Shown here: in pieces, positions 20,465 to 27,909 of the stretch | Layout: every line of letters starts with the position of its first letter | Position numbering within the stretch: the first letter of the stretch is position 1 | Source: Thermodesulfobacteriota bacterium | GTDB taxonomy: Bacteria > Desulfobacterota > WTBG01 > JAGOGO01 | DNA: 32,000 bases | Reading direction: 5' to 3' | NCBI GenBank assembly: GCA_026625185.1 | Contig: CP113000.1 | Coordinates: 1,245,622-1,277,621, forward strand | Translations under genes and position numbers: made by a program | Notes under the pieces: generated by a model | Database searches by the model: none | What the model saw: the letters and a program-made list of their open reading frames with translations, nothing else | Told to the model about the DNA's origin: nothing

Positions 20465-21277
20465 ATGATAAAAATCATTGATGTTCACAAAAGGTTTAAC
20501 CCCGGCACTGCCAATGAGGTTTATGCTCTCCGGGGCATCAACCTGCATATCGAAGAAGGTGAGTTTGTTACCGTTATCGGAACCAATGGCTCAGGCAAAT
20601 CTACCCTGCTCAATGCACTCGCCGGCGCCTTCCTGCCTGATTCCGGCTCCATAGATATTGACGGTTTGGAGGTAACGGATAAAAAAGATTTTCAAAGGGC
20701 AAAGTATATTGCCCGGGTTTTTCAAAATCCTTTTATGGGAACTGCTCCCGAGATGACCATTGCGGAAAATCTTCACATGGCCTCCTTGAGATGCAAAAGA
20801 AGCTTTCCAAAAAGAGGATTAAACGCTGAACGTCTTAAGACTTACAGAGCGGAAGTTGCTCAGCTGGAGATGCAGCTGGAGGACCGTCTTCGTAATTTTA
20901 TCGGCACCCTCTCCGGCGGTCAGCGGCAGGCATTGACCCTGCTAATGGCGGTGATCACTGAGCCCAAGGTGCTCCTTCTGGATGAGCACACGGCAGCTTT
21001 GGATCCTAAGTCGGCAGCCCAGGTTATAAAGTTGACCAAAAAATTTATTGAAGGGACTAAGCTTACCACCCTTATGGTTACCCACAGCATGCAGCAAGCT
21101 CTCGACCTCGGTACCCGCACCATTATGATGAACAAAGGACAGATTATTGACGATATCCCTCAGAAAGAAAAACAGCGGATTACAGTTAATGACCTGTTGG
21201 ACAAATTCGCCGAGCTTCGCAAAGCCGAACAGTTAACCGACGAAATGATAGAGGAGTTAAGGCAAGGATATGTTTAA
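20465..21277 (+). CDS. ABC transporter ATP-binding protein (COG1101-type partner of the COG4120 permease)
   Basis: Walker A GTNGSGKST, signature LSGGQRQ, Walker B LLLDEHTAALD, H-loop VTHSM. The start is 2 nt after the permease stop. Confidence 0.92.
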   Translation: MIKIIDVHKRFNPGTANEVYALRGINLHIEEGEFVTVIGTNGSGKSTLLNALAGAFLPDSGSIDIDGLEVTDKKDFQRAKYIARVFQNPFMGTAPEMTIAENLHMASLRCKRSFPKRGLNAERLKTYRAEVAQLEMQLEDRLRNFIGTLSGGQRQALTLLMAVITEPKVLLLDEHTAALDPKSAAQVIKLTKKFIEGTKLTTLMVTHSMQQALDLGTRTIMMNKGQIIDDIPQKEKQRITVNDLLDKFAELRKAEQLTDEMIEELRQGYV

Positions 21278-21295
21278 TCCGGGTCAGTAAAATGA

Positions 21296-21706
21296 CTATT
21301 TTTTTATTTTCATGCAGAGTTTCAGAATATTCTTTCCTTCCTCGTGCCGGTAATCCAATTCATCCACCATCTTTCGGATCAGAAAAATCCCTAAGCCTCC
21401 GATTCTCCGCTCAAATAAATCACCGGATAAATTTGGACTATTTTCAGTTAAAGGATTGAAAGGATGGCCCCAGTCCTGGATGACAAAACAAAGTTTATCC
21501 TTATTCAGCCGGGTGCACTTTACTTCCACATCACCTTCTTGCGTGGGATAAGCATAATTAATAATATTGGTGAGAACCTCTTCCAGAACCAATTCTATCC
21601 TTGAAACCATTTCCTGGGTTATATGCCAGTCTTTTATTGTCTGAAGGACAAAAGAGCGAAAGGTTTCCAATGATTCCAATTTTGCCGGTAAACGTAAGTT
21701 ATCCAT
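21296..21706 (-). CDS. RsbW/SpoIIAB-like anti-sigma regulatory factor (HATPase_c serine kinase)
   Basis: 136 aa with N-box EEVLTNIINYAY, a DWGHPFNP segment and a GGLGIFLIRKMVDE G2-box. It is the last gene of the partner-switching operon. Confidence 0.85.
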   Translation of the reverse strand: MDNLRLPAKLESLETFRSFVLQTIKDWHITQEMVSRIELVLEEVLTNIINYAYPTQEGDVEVKCTRLNKDKLCFVIQDWGHPFNPLTENSPNLSGDLFERRIGGLGIFLIRKMVDELDYRHEEGKNILKLCMKIKK

Positions 21707-21752
21707 GCCTTAATCTTGAAGTCTAATTAAGCTGAGCTTTAAAAGTTAATAA

Positions 21753-23720
21753 TTAAGCATATTGAAAAAATCCTGGATAAGGAGAATCCTCTTTTATTCC
21801 TTTAAAGCGCAAAGCTAAAACCGTAATATCGTCCGCCTGGCTGACTTCTTTAGAAAAGCTTTTAACCGCATTAACCACATTATTTACGAGCTCTTCGGGA
21901 GAATTGTCGGGGTAGGTTCGGGTGGTCTCCAGTAGTCGTTGTTCGGAGTAGAGCTCTTTGTTTTCGTTTAGGGCTTCCGTTACTCCATCGGTATAAACCA
22001 GCAGCAAATCTCCTGAGCGAAGCTCAACTTTTTTCGTATCGTATTGGGATTCCTCAAAGACTCCCAGGAAGAATCCTTTCGGAAGTTCCAGCCATTCCGG
22101 TTCTTGACCGGCCCGAACAAGCAGCGGAGGATTATGGCCTGCATTGGAGTAAAGAAGTTCTCCGGATTTGAAATTCAAAATACCGCAAAAAACGGTGACG
22201 AACATATTTGATTCATTGTCTTGGCAGAGTTCCAAATTTACTCTTTTGAGGATGTCGGAAGGCTTAAGCTGAGGTTCAGCGGTTCCTTTCAGAAGAGTCT
22301 TTGTTACCGCCATAAAGAGAGCTGCCGGTATGCCTTTATCCGAGACATCACCCACAACAAAAAAAAGATGCTCTTCATCGAGGAGAAAGAAATCGTAAAG
22401 ATCACCGCCGATTTCTTTAGCGGGTTCAAGGGAAGCAAAAATTTCAAATTCAACCTTATCCGGAAACGGCGGAAAGTGCTTTGGAAGAAAACTCATCTGA
22501 ATGGTGCGGGCAATCTTGAGCTCGCTCTCAATCCGCTCCTTGGCTGCGGTGGTGGCGGCCAGGTTGGCAATGTATTCCTTAAGGGCAACTTTCATCTCCT
22601 TAAAAGATCGGGTTAGTTTTCCGATTTCATCATTTGCCCGCACCTCCGGTAGCTCAATATCCAGATTCCCCTTGACGATTTCCGAGGTTGATCGGGCAAG
22701 AGAACCGAGCGGCTTGGTAATAGTCCGGGAGAAGAAGGCAATGACGATACAGAGGAAGGTGAATCCAACCACGCCGATGAGAAGGACTTGTTTGCTTAAC
22801 CGGCTCACATCAGCAAATAGTTCTTCCTCCGGGAAGATCACTCCGAGGGACCAGCCGTTGGAAGGCAAGGGGGCATAATACATCCAGGATTTTTTTCCGG
22901 AGACAAAGTCTTGGAGAGGCACGAACCCCGGTTCGCCGGTGATCATTTTTCTCCCAACTTGGCGCAGGGTGGAGTCTTTTCTCGCTTCGGCAATACTGAA
23001 GATGCTTTCCTTCATGATCAATTGCTTTTCGGGGTGCGTGACCATGACCCCGTTTTGGGAGATCAAAAAAGCGTATCCGGTCTTATAGATTTTTACCGAA
23101 GATACAATATCCTTTAACCACATCAGGGAAATATCAGCAGTGACAACTCCCCGGAATTTATTTTTGCCGTCTATTTTTTTATAAAAGGGCACGGAATAAG
23201 TGGACATAATGATATTGCCGGCGCCTTCATCATAAAAGGGCTCGCTCCATACCGGGGAGTCAATTTCCTTGGGGATCTGAAACCAGTCGAGGTAAAAATA
23301 CCGGTAGGAGTCACTTCCCAAAAATGTTAAGATGATCTTTTCATTATTACGGTAATAATAAGGAGCAAAGTATAATAAAGTCGGATTAAAGGCGTACGGT
23401 TCAAAGGCAAAGGTTGAACCAAATATCTCCGGATTATTTGCAACCGCGCTTTGTACTAATTTCAAAAGATCTTGGCGTTGGTAGGGGTATTTTTCAATGA
23501 TGGAGGCTTGATTAAGCGGCACCTCTTCAACCGACCTGAGGACCGTCTCAATTTTATAAACGGTAGATAGGGTGAGGTTGCGGGCGTTTTCTTCAATGTT
23601 TTTTAGTAAAGTTTTTTTTGAATAATGGTAGTTATAAACGAAAGCCGCAACAAAGATGATGGTGGTGCTGGTTAAGATAAAGATAATGAGTTTAAAAGCG
23701 AGCCCTAAATTTTTAATCAT
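21753..23720 (-). CDS. membrane sensor phosphatase: TM, Cache-like periplasmic domain, TM, HAMP, PP2C (SpoIIE/RsbU family)
   Basis: Two TM helices flank about 280 aa containing YKTGYAFLISQNGVMVTHPE (Cache-like). HAMP segment is TKPLGSLARSTSEIVKGNLDIELP...IGKLTRSFKEM. PP2C motifs are ARTIQMSFLP, GGDLYDFF, VVGDVSDKGIPAALFMA, YTDGVTEA, DDITVLALRF. Confidence 0.88.
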   Translation of the reverse strand: MIKNLGLAFKLIIFILTSTTIIFVAAFVYNYHYSKKTLLKNIEENARNLTLSTVYKIETVLRSVEEVPLNQASIIEKYPYQRQDLLKLVQSAVANNPEIFGSTFAFEPYAFNPTLLYFAPYYYRNNEKIILTFLGSDSYRYFYLDWFQIPKEIDSPVWSEPFYDEGAGNIIMSTYSVPFYKKIDGKNKFRGVVTADISLMWLKDIVSSVKIYKTGYAFLISQNGVMVTHPEKQLIMKESIFSIAEARKDSTLRQVGRKMITGEPGFVPLQDFVSGKKSWMYYAPLPSNGWSLGVIFPEEELFADVSRLSKQVLLIGVVGFTFLCIVIAFFSRTITKPLGSLARSTSEIVKGNLDIELPEVRANDEIGKLTRSFKEMKVALKEYIANLAATTAAKERIESELKIARTIQMSFLPKHFPPFPDKVEFEIFASLEPAKEIGGDLYDFFLLDEEHLFFVVGDVSDKGIPAALFMAVTKTLLKGTAEPQLKPSDILKRVNLELCQDNESNMFVTVFCGILNFKSGELLYSNAGHNPPLLVRAGQEPEWLELPKGFFLGVFEESQYDTKKVELRSGDLLLVYTDGVTEALNENKELYSEQRLLETTRTYPDNSPEELVNNVVNAVKSFSKEVSQADDITVLALRFKGIKEDSPYPGFFQYA

Positions 23721-24696
23721 GGGATACGCAATCTATAAAAAAATCCGAGAAACTCGGGACAGCAGTGATTAAGCGATTTACCTTAAGCTCCTGAACAACG
23801 CGATTATAATCGCCGGCTTGAAGAGTTCCCAAAGGGACAGTATTACCGGACGGATTAATGATGTCTTTCATACGTTCCAGCATCCATTTCTGGTGAACCC
23901 GGTTCGTAGCGATATTGCCGTCCACTACATACTTCATAACAATATCGAGGGCCGGTTCGGGGTTATCGAAGGCGTACTCCCATCCTTCGAGGGATGCTTT
24001 CACAAAATCACGGCACAAGGCGGGATCATGGTCAAAGGTCTTTTTTAAACAGTAAATACCGTCTTCGGGAAAGTTTACGCTATATTCAGAAAGGAAAAAG
24101 GTCGTTAATTCAGTCGGATTTATACCGGAATTGATAATGGTATGGTACTCATTGTACCACATGGCGGACGCTACATCTACCCCGTTGCGTAAAAATAGGT
24201 TCAGGGTTGCGGACTGGGGAATAATGGTAACGTGAAGGTTGTGCTTTTTGAAAAATGCCTTGGGCTGGACCTGAAATTCACTTCCCCAGAGACCCACTTT
24301 CCTCCCGTTGATATCCCGGGGGGAGTATATGCCGCTTGACTTTTTCGCCACCAACATGAGGGATGATCGTTGGACAATTTGACCGATATTAACTATGGGG
24401 AGCCCCTGGGAGCGCTTTTGGATTCCGGTGGAGAGGAACATGGTTCCAAAATCCGCGCGTTTCTCCTTTAATAGCGCCGAAGGTGGGTAATCGGGGCCGC
24501 CACGTAAAATTTTTACCTCCAATCCGTGTTTCCGGTAAAATCCTTTCTCCTGGGCGACAAAGTAACCGGCAAACTGGGACTGAGGAACCCATTGGGGTAT
24601 AAAAGTCGTTTTTTTTAAACCCTTTTCGTTTGCCTGAGCCGCTATAGTTATCAATAAAAGCAAGGCAAAAAGAAAGAATATTTTAAATTTTAGCAC
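23713..24696 (-). CDS. periplasmic substrate-binding protein, NMT1/THI5-like (NitT/TauT-type SBP)
   Basis: Signal peptide MLKFKIFFLFALLLLITIAAQA and a QWVPQSQFAGYFVAQEKGFYRKHGLEVKI motif. Its stop overlaps the phosphatase start by 8 nt (ATGATTAA). Confidence 0.8.
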   Translation of the reverse strand: MLKFKIFFLFALLLLITIAAQANEKGLKKTTFIPQWVPQSQFAGYFVAQEKGFYRKHGLEVKILRGGPDYPPSALLKEKRADFGTMFLSTGIQKRSQGLPIVNIGQIVQRSSLMLVAKKSSGIYSPRDINGRKVGLWGSEFQVQPKAFFKKHNLHVTIIPQSATLNLFLRNGVDVASAMWYNEYHTIINSGINPTELTTFFLSEYSVNFPEDGIYCLKKTFDHDPALCRDFVKASLEGWEYAFDNPEPALDIVMKYVVDGNIATNRVHQKWMLERMKDIINPSGNTVPLGTLQAGDYNRVVQELKVNRLITAVPSFSDFFIDCVSHD

Positions 24697-24728
24697 CCAG
24701 CATCCTTCTGAAGCTTTTCAATTTTTTT

Positions 24729-25061
24729 TTAAATCTGTGACCGAGCAGATTCCACGGATTCAAAGATGGGGATAATAGAACGGAATCCGGAAATTTCGAA
24801 AACCTCCTTTACCATACCTTTAAGTCCGGCAATCAGAAGCTTTCCATCTTTTTCTTTAAGTTTTTTGGTTATCGTGAGGATGCTGCGAAGGCCGGAGCTG
24901 CTGATATAATCAAGCGCAGCAAAGTCAAGTATTAAAGCGTTATTTCCTTCAGCAATTAATGCGGCCATTTCTTTTTCAAACTCCGGTGAGGAAACAGCAT
25001 CCATCCTCCCTTTTAATGAAACCACTGCTGCCTCTTGTTCCCGTTTTTTTTCTATCTCCAT
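24729..25061 (-). CDS. STAS-domain anti-sigma-factor antagonist (RsbV/SpoIIAA-like)
   Basis: 110 aa: VSLKGRMDAVSSPEFEKEM...LDFAALDYISSSGLRSILTITKKLKEKDGKLLIAGLKGMVKEVFEISGF. The serine at the phospho-acceptor position is retained. Confidence 0.88.
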   Translation of the reverse strand: MEIEKKREQEAAVVSLKGRMDAVSSPEFEKEMAALIAEGNNALILDFAALDYISSSGLRSILTITKKLKEKDGKLLIAGLKGMVKEVFEISGFRSIIPIFESVESARSQI

Positions 25062-25160
25062 AATAGGCTTTCTAATTTAATGTGATTAGCGTTTTTTCGG
25101 AATTTATGCTGCTTTTTTATTTCTTGGTAACGATCCAAAAAATTCTTTTTTTGTCGATAT

Positions 25161-25189
25161 TTTTTTAACCTATTGGCGCGGGAAAGTCA
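25161..25189 (-). promoter_or_regulatory. candidate sigma70 promoter for the STAS-SBP-phosphatase-kinase operon
   Basis: On the minus strand: TTGACT (25189-25184), a 17-nt spacer, then TAAAAA (25166-25161), about 100 nt upstream of ATG 25061. Confidence 0.3.
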
Positions 25190-25199
25190 ATCCTATTGA

Positions 25200-25285
25200 T
25201 TTTCCTTATTAACCGAAACCCATAAGCGGAGTCCCTCCCAGGTCTTCTTTTCATTGGGTGTTTTTTCAAAAAGTCCTTTCTTCCC
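25200..25285 (+). repeat. intergenic repeat family, copy 1
   Basis: TTATTAAC (25205-25212), 12 nt, GCGGAGTCCCTCCCAGGTC (25225-25243), then TTTTTTCAAAAAGTCCT (to about 25276). It is collinear with copies 2 and 3. Confidence 0.6.
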
Positions 25286-25326
25286 TTAATGGTTATTCCT
25301 ATCATCCTTTCGTCTAATTTTAATTC

Positions 25327-25425
25327 CCCCTAATCACTCCATCACTAACCACTAATCCCTGCGCCTTCAGGGCGCACGCAATCCCTTCGGCCCTGCCAGG
25401 CCGGAGTGAGGAAGTGATAAAGGGG
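25327..25425. ncRNA. candidate structured RNA or element (GC-rich, three-way-junction-like); identity and strand unknown
   Basis: Outer stem ATCACTCCATCACT (25333-25346) pairs with AGTGAGGAAGTGAT (25405-25418) at 12 of 14 positions. It is flanked by CCCC/GGGG and encloses hairpins TGCGCC-TTCAG-GGCGCA (25360-25376) and CGGCC-CTGCCA-GGCCG (25388-25403). Confidence 0.25.
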
Positions 25426-25590
25426 AAAAGGGGTCAGAAGAAAAGTTTTACGAATTTTTCTTCCGCAGTTTTCCAATTATTGTATTAATCATCTTCAATA
25501 TCTCGTTGCTTACACCATTTCTTTCAGCAAATGTTTTCGATGAGATAAAATTTATATCTTTACATTTTCCCAGCCAATTTTGAACTTCAG

Positions 25591-26098
25591 GTGTTGATCG
25601 GTAGTTACTCACTTATAGAGTTTGATTTTGGCACAAAAACTATTGATGCCATAAGCCAATGGTTGCCAGGTTCGCCCCCGCTTTTTTTTGTTAATAAAAA
25701 TTCTCCTATGGATCGTTTACGATTTAGCGTTGACCATGAGTTAGGTCATATTGTAATGCATAAAGTTTGTGGGCTGGATATAAAAAAAAATGGGAAAACA
25801 AGCAGACGATTTCGCTTAAGAAATTCTTATGCCCGAAGACGCTATATCTCGTTTCTTAAATAATATTACCCTTCCGCAACTTGCTAATTTAAAATCATAT
25901 TGGAAAGTATTCATGGCAGCTCTTTTGCATCGTTCATATGATCTAAAAAAAATTACAACAAGGCAATATCAATACTTATGGATGCAAATGGGGAAAGCTG
26001 GCTATCGAACAAAGGAACCGCCTGAATTTGATATTCCCAAAGAAATACCTTCTTTATTAAAAGATCTAATTGAAACTTATCGCCAAAAATATGTTTGA
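25591..26098 (+). pseudogene. ImmA/IrrE-family zinc metallopeptidase (DUF955), N-terminally truncated, frameshifted, with an internal stop
   Basis: Contains RFSVDHELGHIVMH (the HExxH motif). The frame changes at an A9 run (25782-25790). The shifted frame reads MGKQADDFA-TAA(25817-25819)-EILMPEDAISRF, matching the family's ANxFAxxxLMP segment. The remainder continues as track ORF 25829-26098. Confidence 0.65.
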
Positions 26099-26146
26099 CA
26101 TGCTTGAGCGGCTCAAATGTATTATAATTTTGCTCGGATTCATTAG

Positions 26147-26230
26147 ACTTTGAGAATAACTCCGGCAATGACGGCGGAGGAGACGGATCATGTTTGGTCT
26201 TTGGAAGAAATGGTAGGTTTATTGGATTAG
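26147..26230 (+). mobile_element. IS transposase C-terminal tail remnant (about 27 codons)
   Basis: Translation TLRITPAMTAEETDHVWSLEEMVGLLD* matches the recurrent TPAMAAGxTDHVWSxEEL tail that I recall from a class of IS transposases (IS1/IS1595-like; family uncertain). A stop lies immediately upstream, so only the tail survives. It overlaps the pyrF stop by 4 nt. Confidence 0.45.
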
Positions 26231-26979
26231 GATAAAGCTTGTTCGATTTCTTTTGCTATTTTTTTAACAGCCTCGATGGGATCGGGGGCATTCTTGATTG
26301 GTCTGCCAACGACAATATAATCGGCCCCATCTTTTATAGCATCATAGGGGGTGGTTATTCTTTTTTGATCATCCGCATTTACCACACTCCATTTTGGACG
26401 GATCGCAGGAACAACGACAATAAAATCTTTTCCAAATTCTTGTTTTACCGCCTTCACTTCCTTGCCAGAACATACTACTCCTGAACATCCAGCTAATTTA
26501 GCTAATCTTGCCCTATGGAGAACGAGTTGAGTTGGGTCTTGTAAATCTTCTCTAATACCAATTTCTTTTAAATCTTCTTTTGATAAACTTGTTAAGACTG
26601 TTATTCCTAATATCTTTGTTCCATTTTTAACGCTATCGACAACAGCTTTTAACAATCCCTTTCCTTCTTCACAATGAACAGTTATAAATGTAGCATGGTG
26701 GGCATTGGCGGCTTTTTGTGCGCCACTAACTGTTTCGGGAATATCGTGAAACTTCATATCTAAAAAAATTTTTGTAGGAGTTTCTTCGGCAATAGCTCTT
26801 AGTATCTTGGGACCTTCTTTTACGAATAATTCTAAACCAACTTTAAATAACCCAATGTAATTCTTAAGAAGTCTTACATAATGAGTGGCTTCATCAAGAG
26901 TAGGTAGATCTAATGGAAATATTATATATTCGTGAGGTTTTTTAGAAGAACCACTTTTTAAGTCCATTTTTTTGGCCAT
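26227..26979 (-). CDS. pyrF: orotidine 5'-phosphate decarboxylase
   Basis: IFPLDLP, FKVGLELF, FLDMKFHDIPETV, ITVLTS, VVGRPI motifs. It is visibly more AT-rich, with more AGA/TTA codons, than the core genes in this window. Confidence 0.9.
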   Translation of the reverse strand: MAKKMDLKSGSSKKPHEYIIFPLDLPTLDEATHYVRLLKNYIGLFKVGLELFVKEGPKILRAIAEETPTKIFLDMKFHDIPETVSGAQKAANAHHATFITVHCEEGKGLLKAVVDSVKNGTKILGITVLTSLSKEDLKEIGIREDLQDPTQLVLHRARLAKLAGCSGVVCSGKEVKAVKQEFGKDFIVVVPAIRPKWSVVNADDQKRITTPYDAIKDGADYIVVGRPIKNAPDPIEAVKKIAKEIEQALS

Positions 26980-27227
26980 GAAATGGTTTGTTAATATATT
27001 AATTCCCCAATAATTAATTTGTCAAAAAAATCTTCTATATAGATAAGAAAAAATTAAAATATCTATCTATAGTATTTTAAAAGAATTTTTAATCTTAAAA
27101 TATCATTTATTATAAATTTACCATTTTTAAACATAAAAAAGAAACGATTACCTAACAAAAAGTTCATACCAGTTCAGGTTTTTCTCAGAAAAAACACAAT
27201 TTATTTTTAAAAATGAGTCACTACCAA

Positions 27228-27340
27228 TTTTCTTTAATAACCATATCCACCTAAGCGGAGTCCCCCTCAGGTCGGAAAATTCTCCCAAGCAATCACTTGG
27301 AAAAAAATTCTTATTAAGAACCAAAAAGTCCTATCTTGGT
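27228..27340 (+). repeat. intergenic repeat family, copy 2
   Basis: TTAATAAC (27234-27241), 13 nt, GCGGAGTCCCCCTCAGGTCGG (27255-27275), TTCTCCCAA, AAAAAAATTCTT, CAAAAAGTCCTATCTT (to about 27337). Confidence 0.6.
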
Positions 27341-27383
27341 CTTATAAATTGAAGGCTAATTTTTTAACCTCTCTCCTCCCAAA

Positions 27384-27420
27384 AAGGCCAGGTTTTCATT
27401 GCGTGGCCTTTGTTTTTTTG
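27384..27420. terminator. bidirectional rho-independent terminator-like hairpin
   Basis: AAGGCCA (27384-27390) / TGGCCTT (27404-27410), a perfect 7-bp stem with a 13-nt loop. An A-run lies upstream (CCCAAAAA) and TTTGTTTTTTT downstream. Confidence 0.5.
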
Positions 27421-27488
27421 GGGTGAGAGAAAGCAAAACTTATTTTAAAAATACTTTACTATTACCTTTTCGTGGTTATTATTAAAAA

Positions 27489-27556
27489 ATGGCCCTGATC
27501 AGGCTCCTTTTCCTTCATCTCTCCTCCTTTTGAAGGGCCTGATCGTTTAGGGCCAT
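27489..27556. repeat. long imperfect inverted repeat (68-nt extended hairpin)
   Basis: ATGGCCCTGATCAGGC (27489-27504) pairs with GCCTGATC-gttt-AGGGCCAT (27537-27556). An inner stem is CCTTCA (27512-27517) / TGAAGG (27531-27536). Confidence 0.55.
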
Positions 27557-27909
27557 TCGCTTTTCTTAGCATAAATATGAGGACAAAACAAGTCATTATT
27601 ATATCCTCCTAAATTTCCAACTGCCTAAATTTCTTTATTTCTCTGCTCATTTTTAAGTACGGTTAATTCAAAAATAACATTCTCCACCAAGGGAGAGGAA
27701 CGATAAAAAAGTGTTATTAATTAAAAATTTACCTTTTTTCTAAGGCTTTTGTTCACTGGTAGTTTTTTTAAAGCTTATTTTTTCGTAAACCATTTTAGCG
27801 CTCCTGCGTCTTATATTTGAGAAAAGCAAAATAAATTAACCCATAAGAGATGCGTATCTGTACCTATTAAAAACTAATCCTCTAATAATTAAAAAAGGGT
27901 GTGATCATC

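Noticed and set aside
25225-25243. Reading the repeat core on the minus strand as a sigma54 promoter (TGG-N10-GC spacing fits in copy 1: CTGGGAGGGACTCCGCTT)
   Set aside because: The -24 GG is not conserved in copies 2 and 3 (TGAGGG and CGAGAG), and the -12 element is CCGC rather than TTGC. A minus-strand sigma70 reading (GACTCC, 16-17 nt, TAATAA/TATTAA) is also weak at 3 of 6 matches per hexamer.
27255-27275. Repeat core GAGTCCCCCTCAGG as a relic of the tRNA-Leu 3' end (GAGTCCCCCCTTCGG), i.e. old att sites
   Set aside because: Similarity is limited to about 9 contiguous nt in one copy, is weaker in copies 1 and 3, and does not extend upstream into the T-arm or downstream through the acceptor stem.
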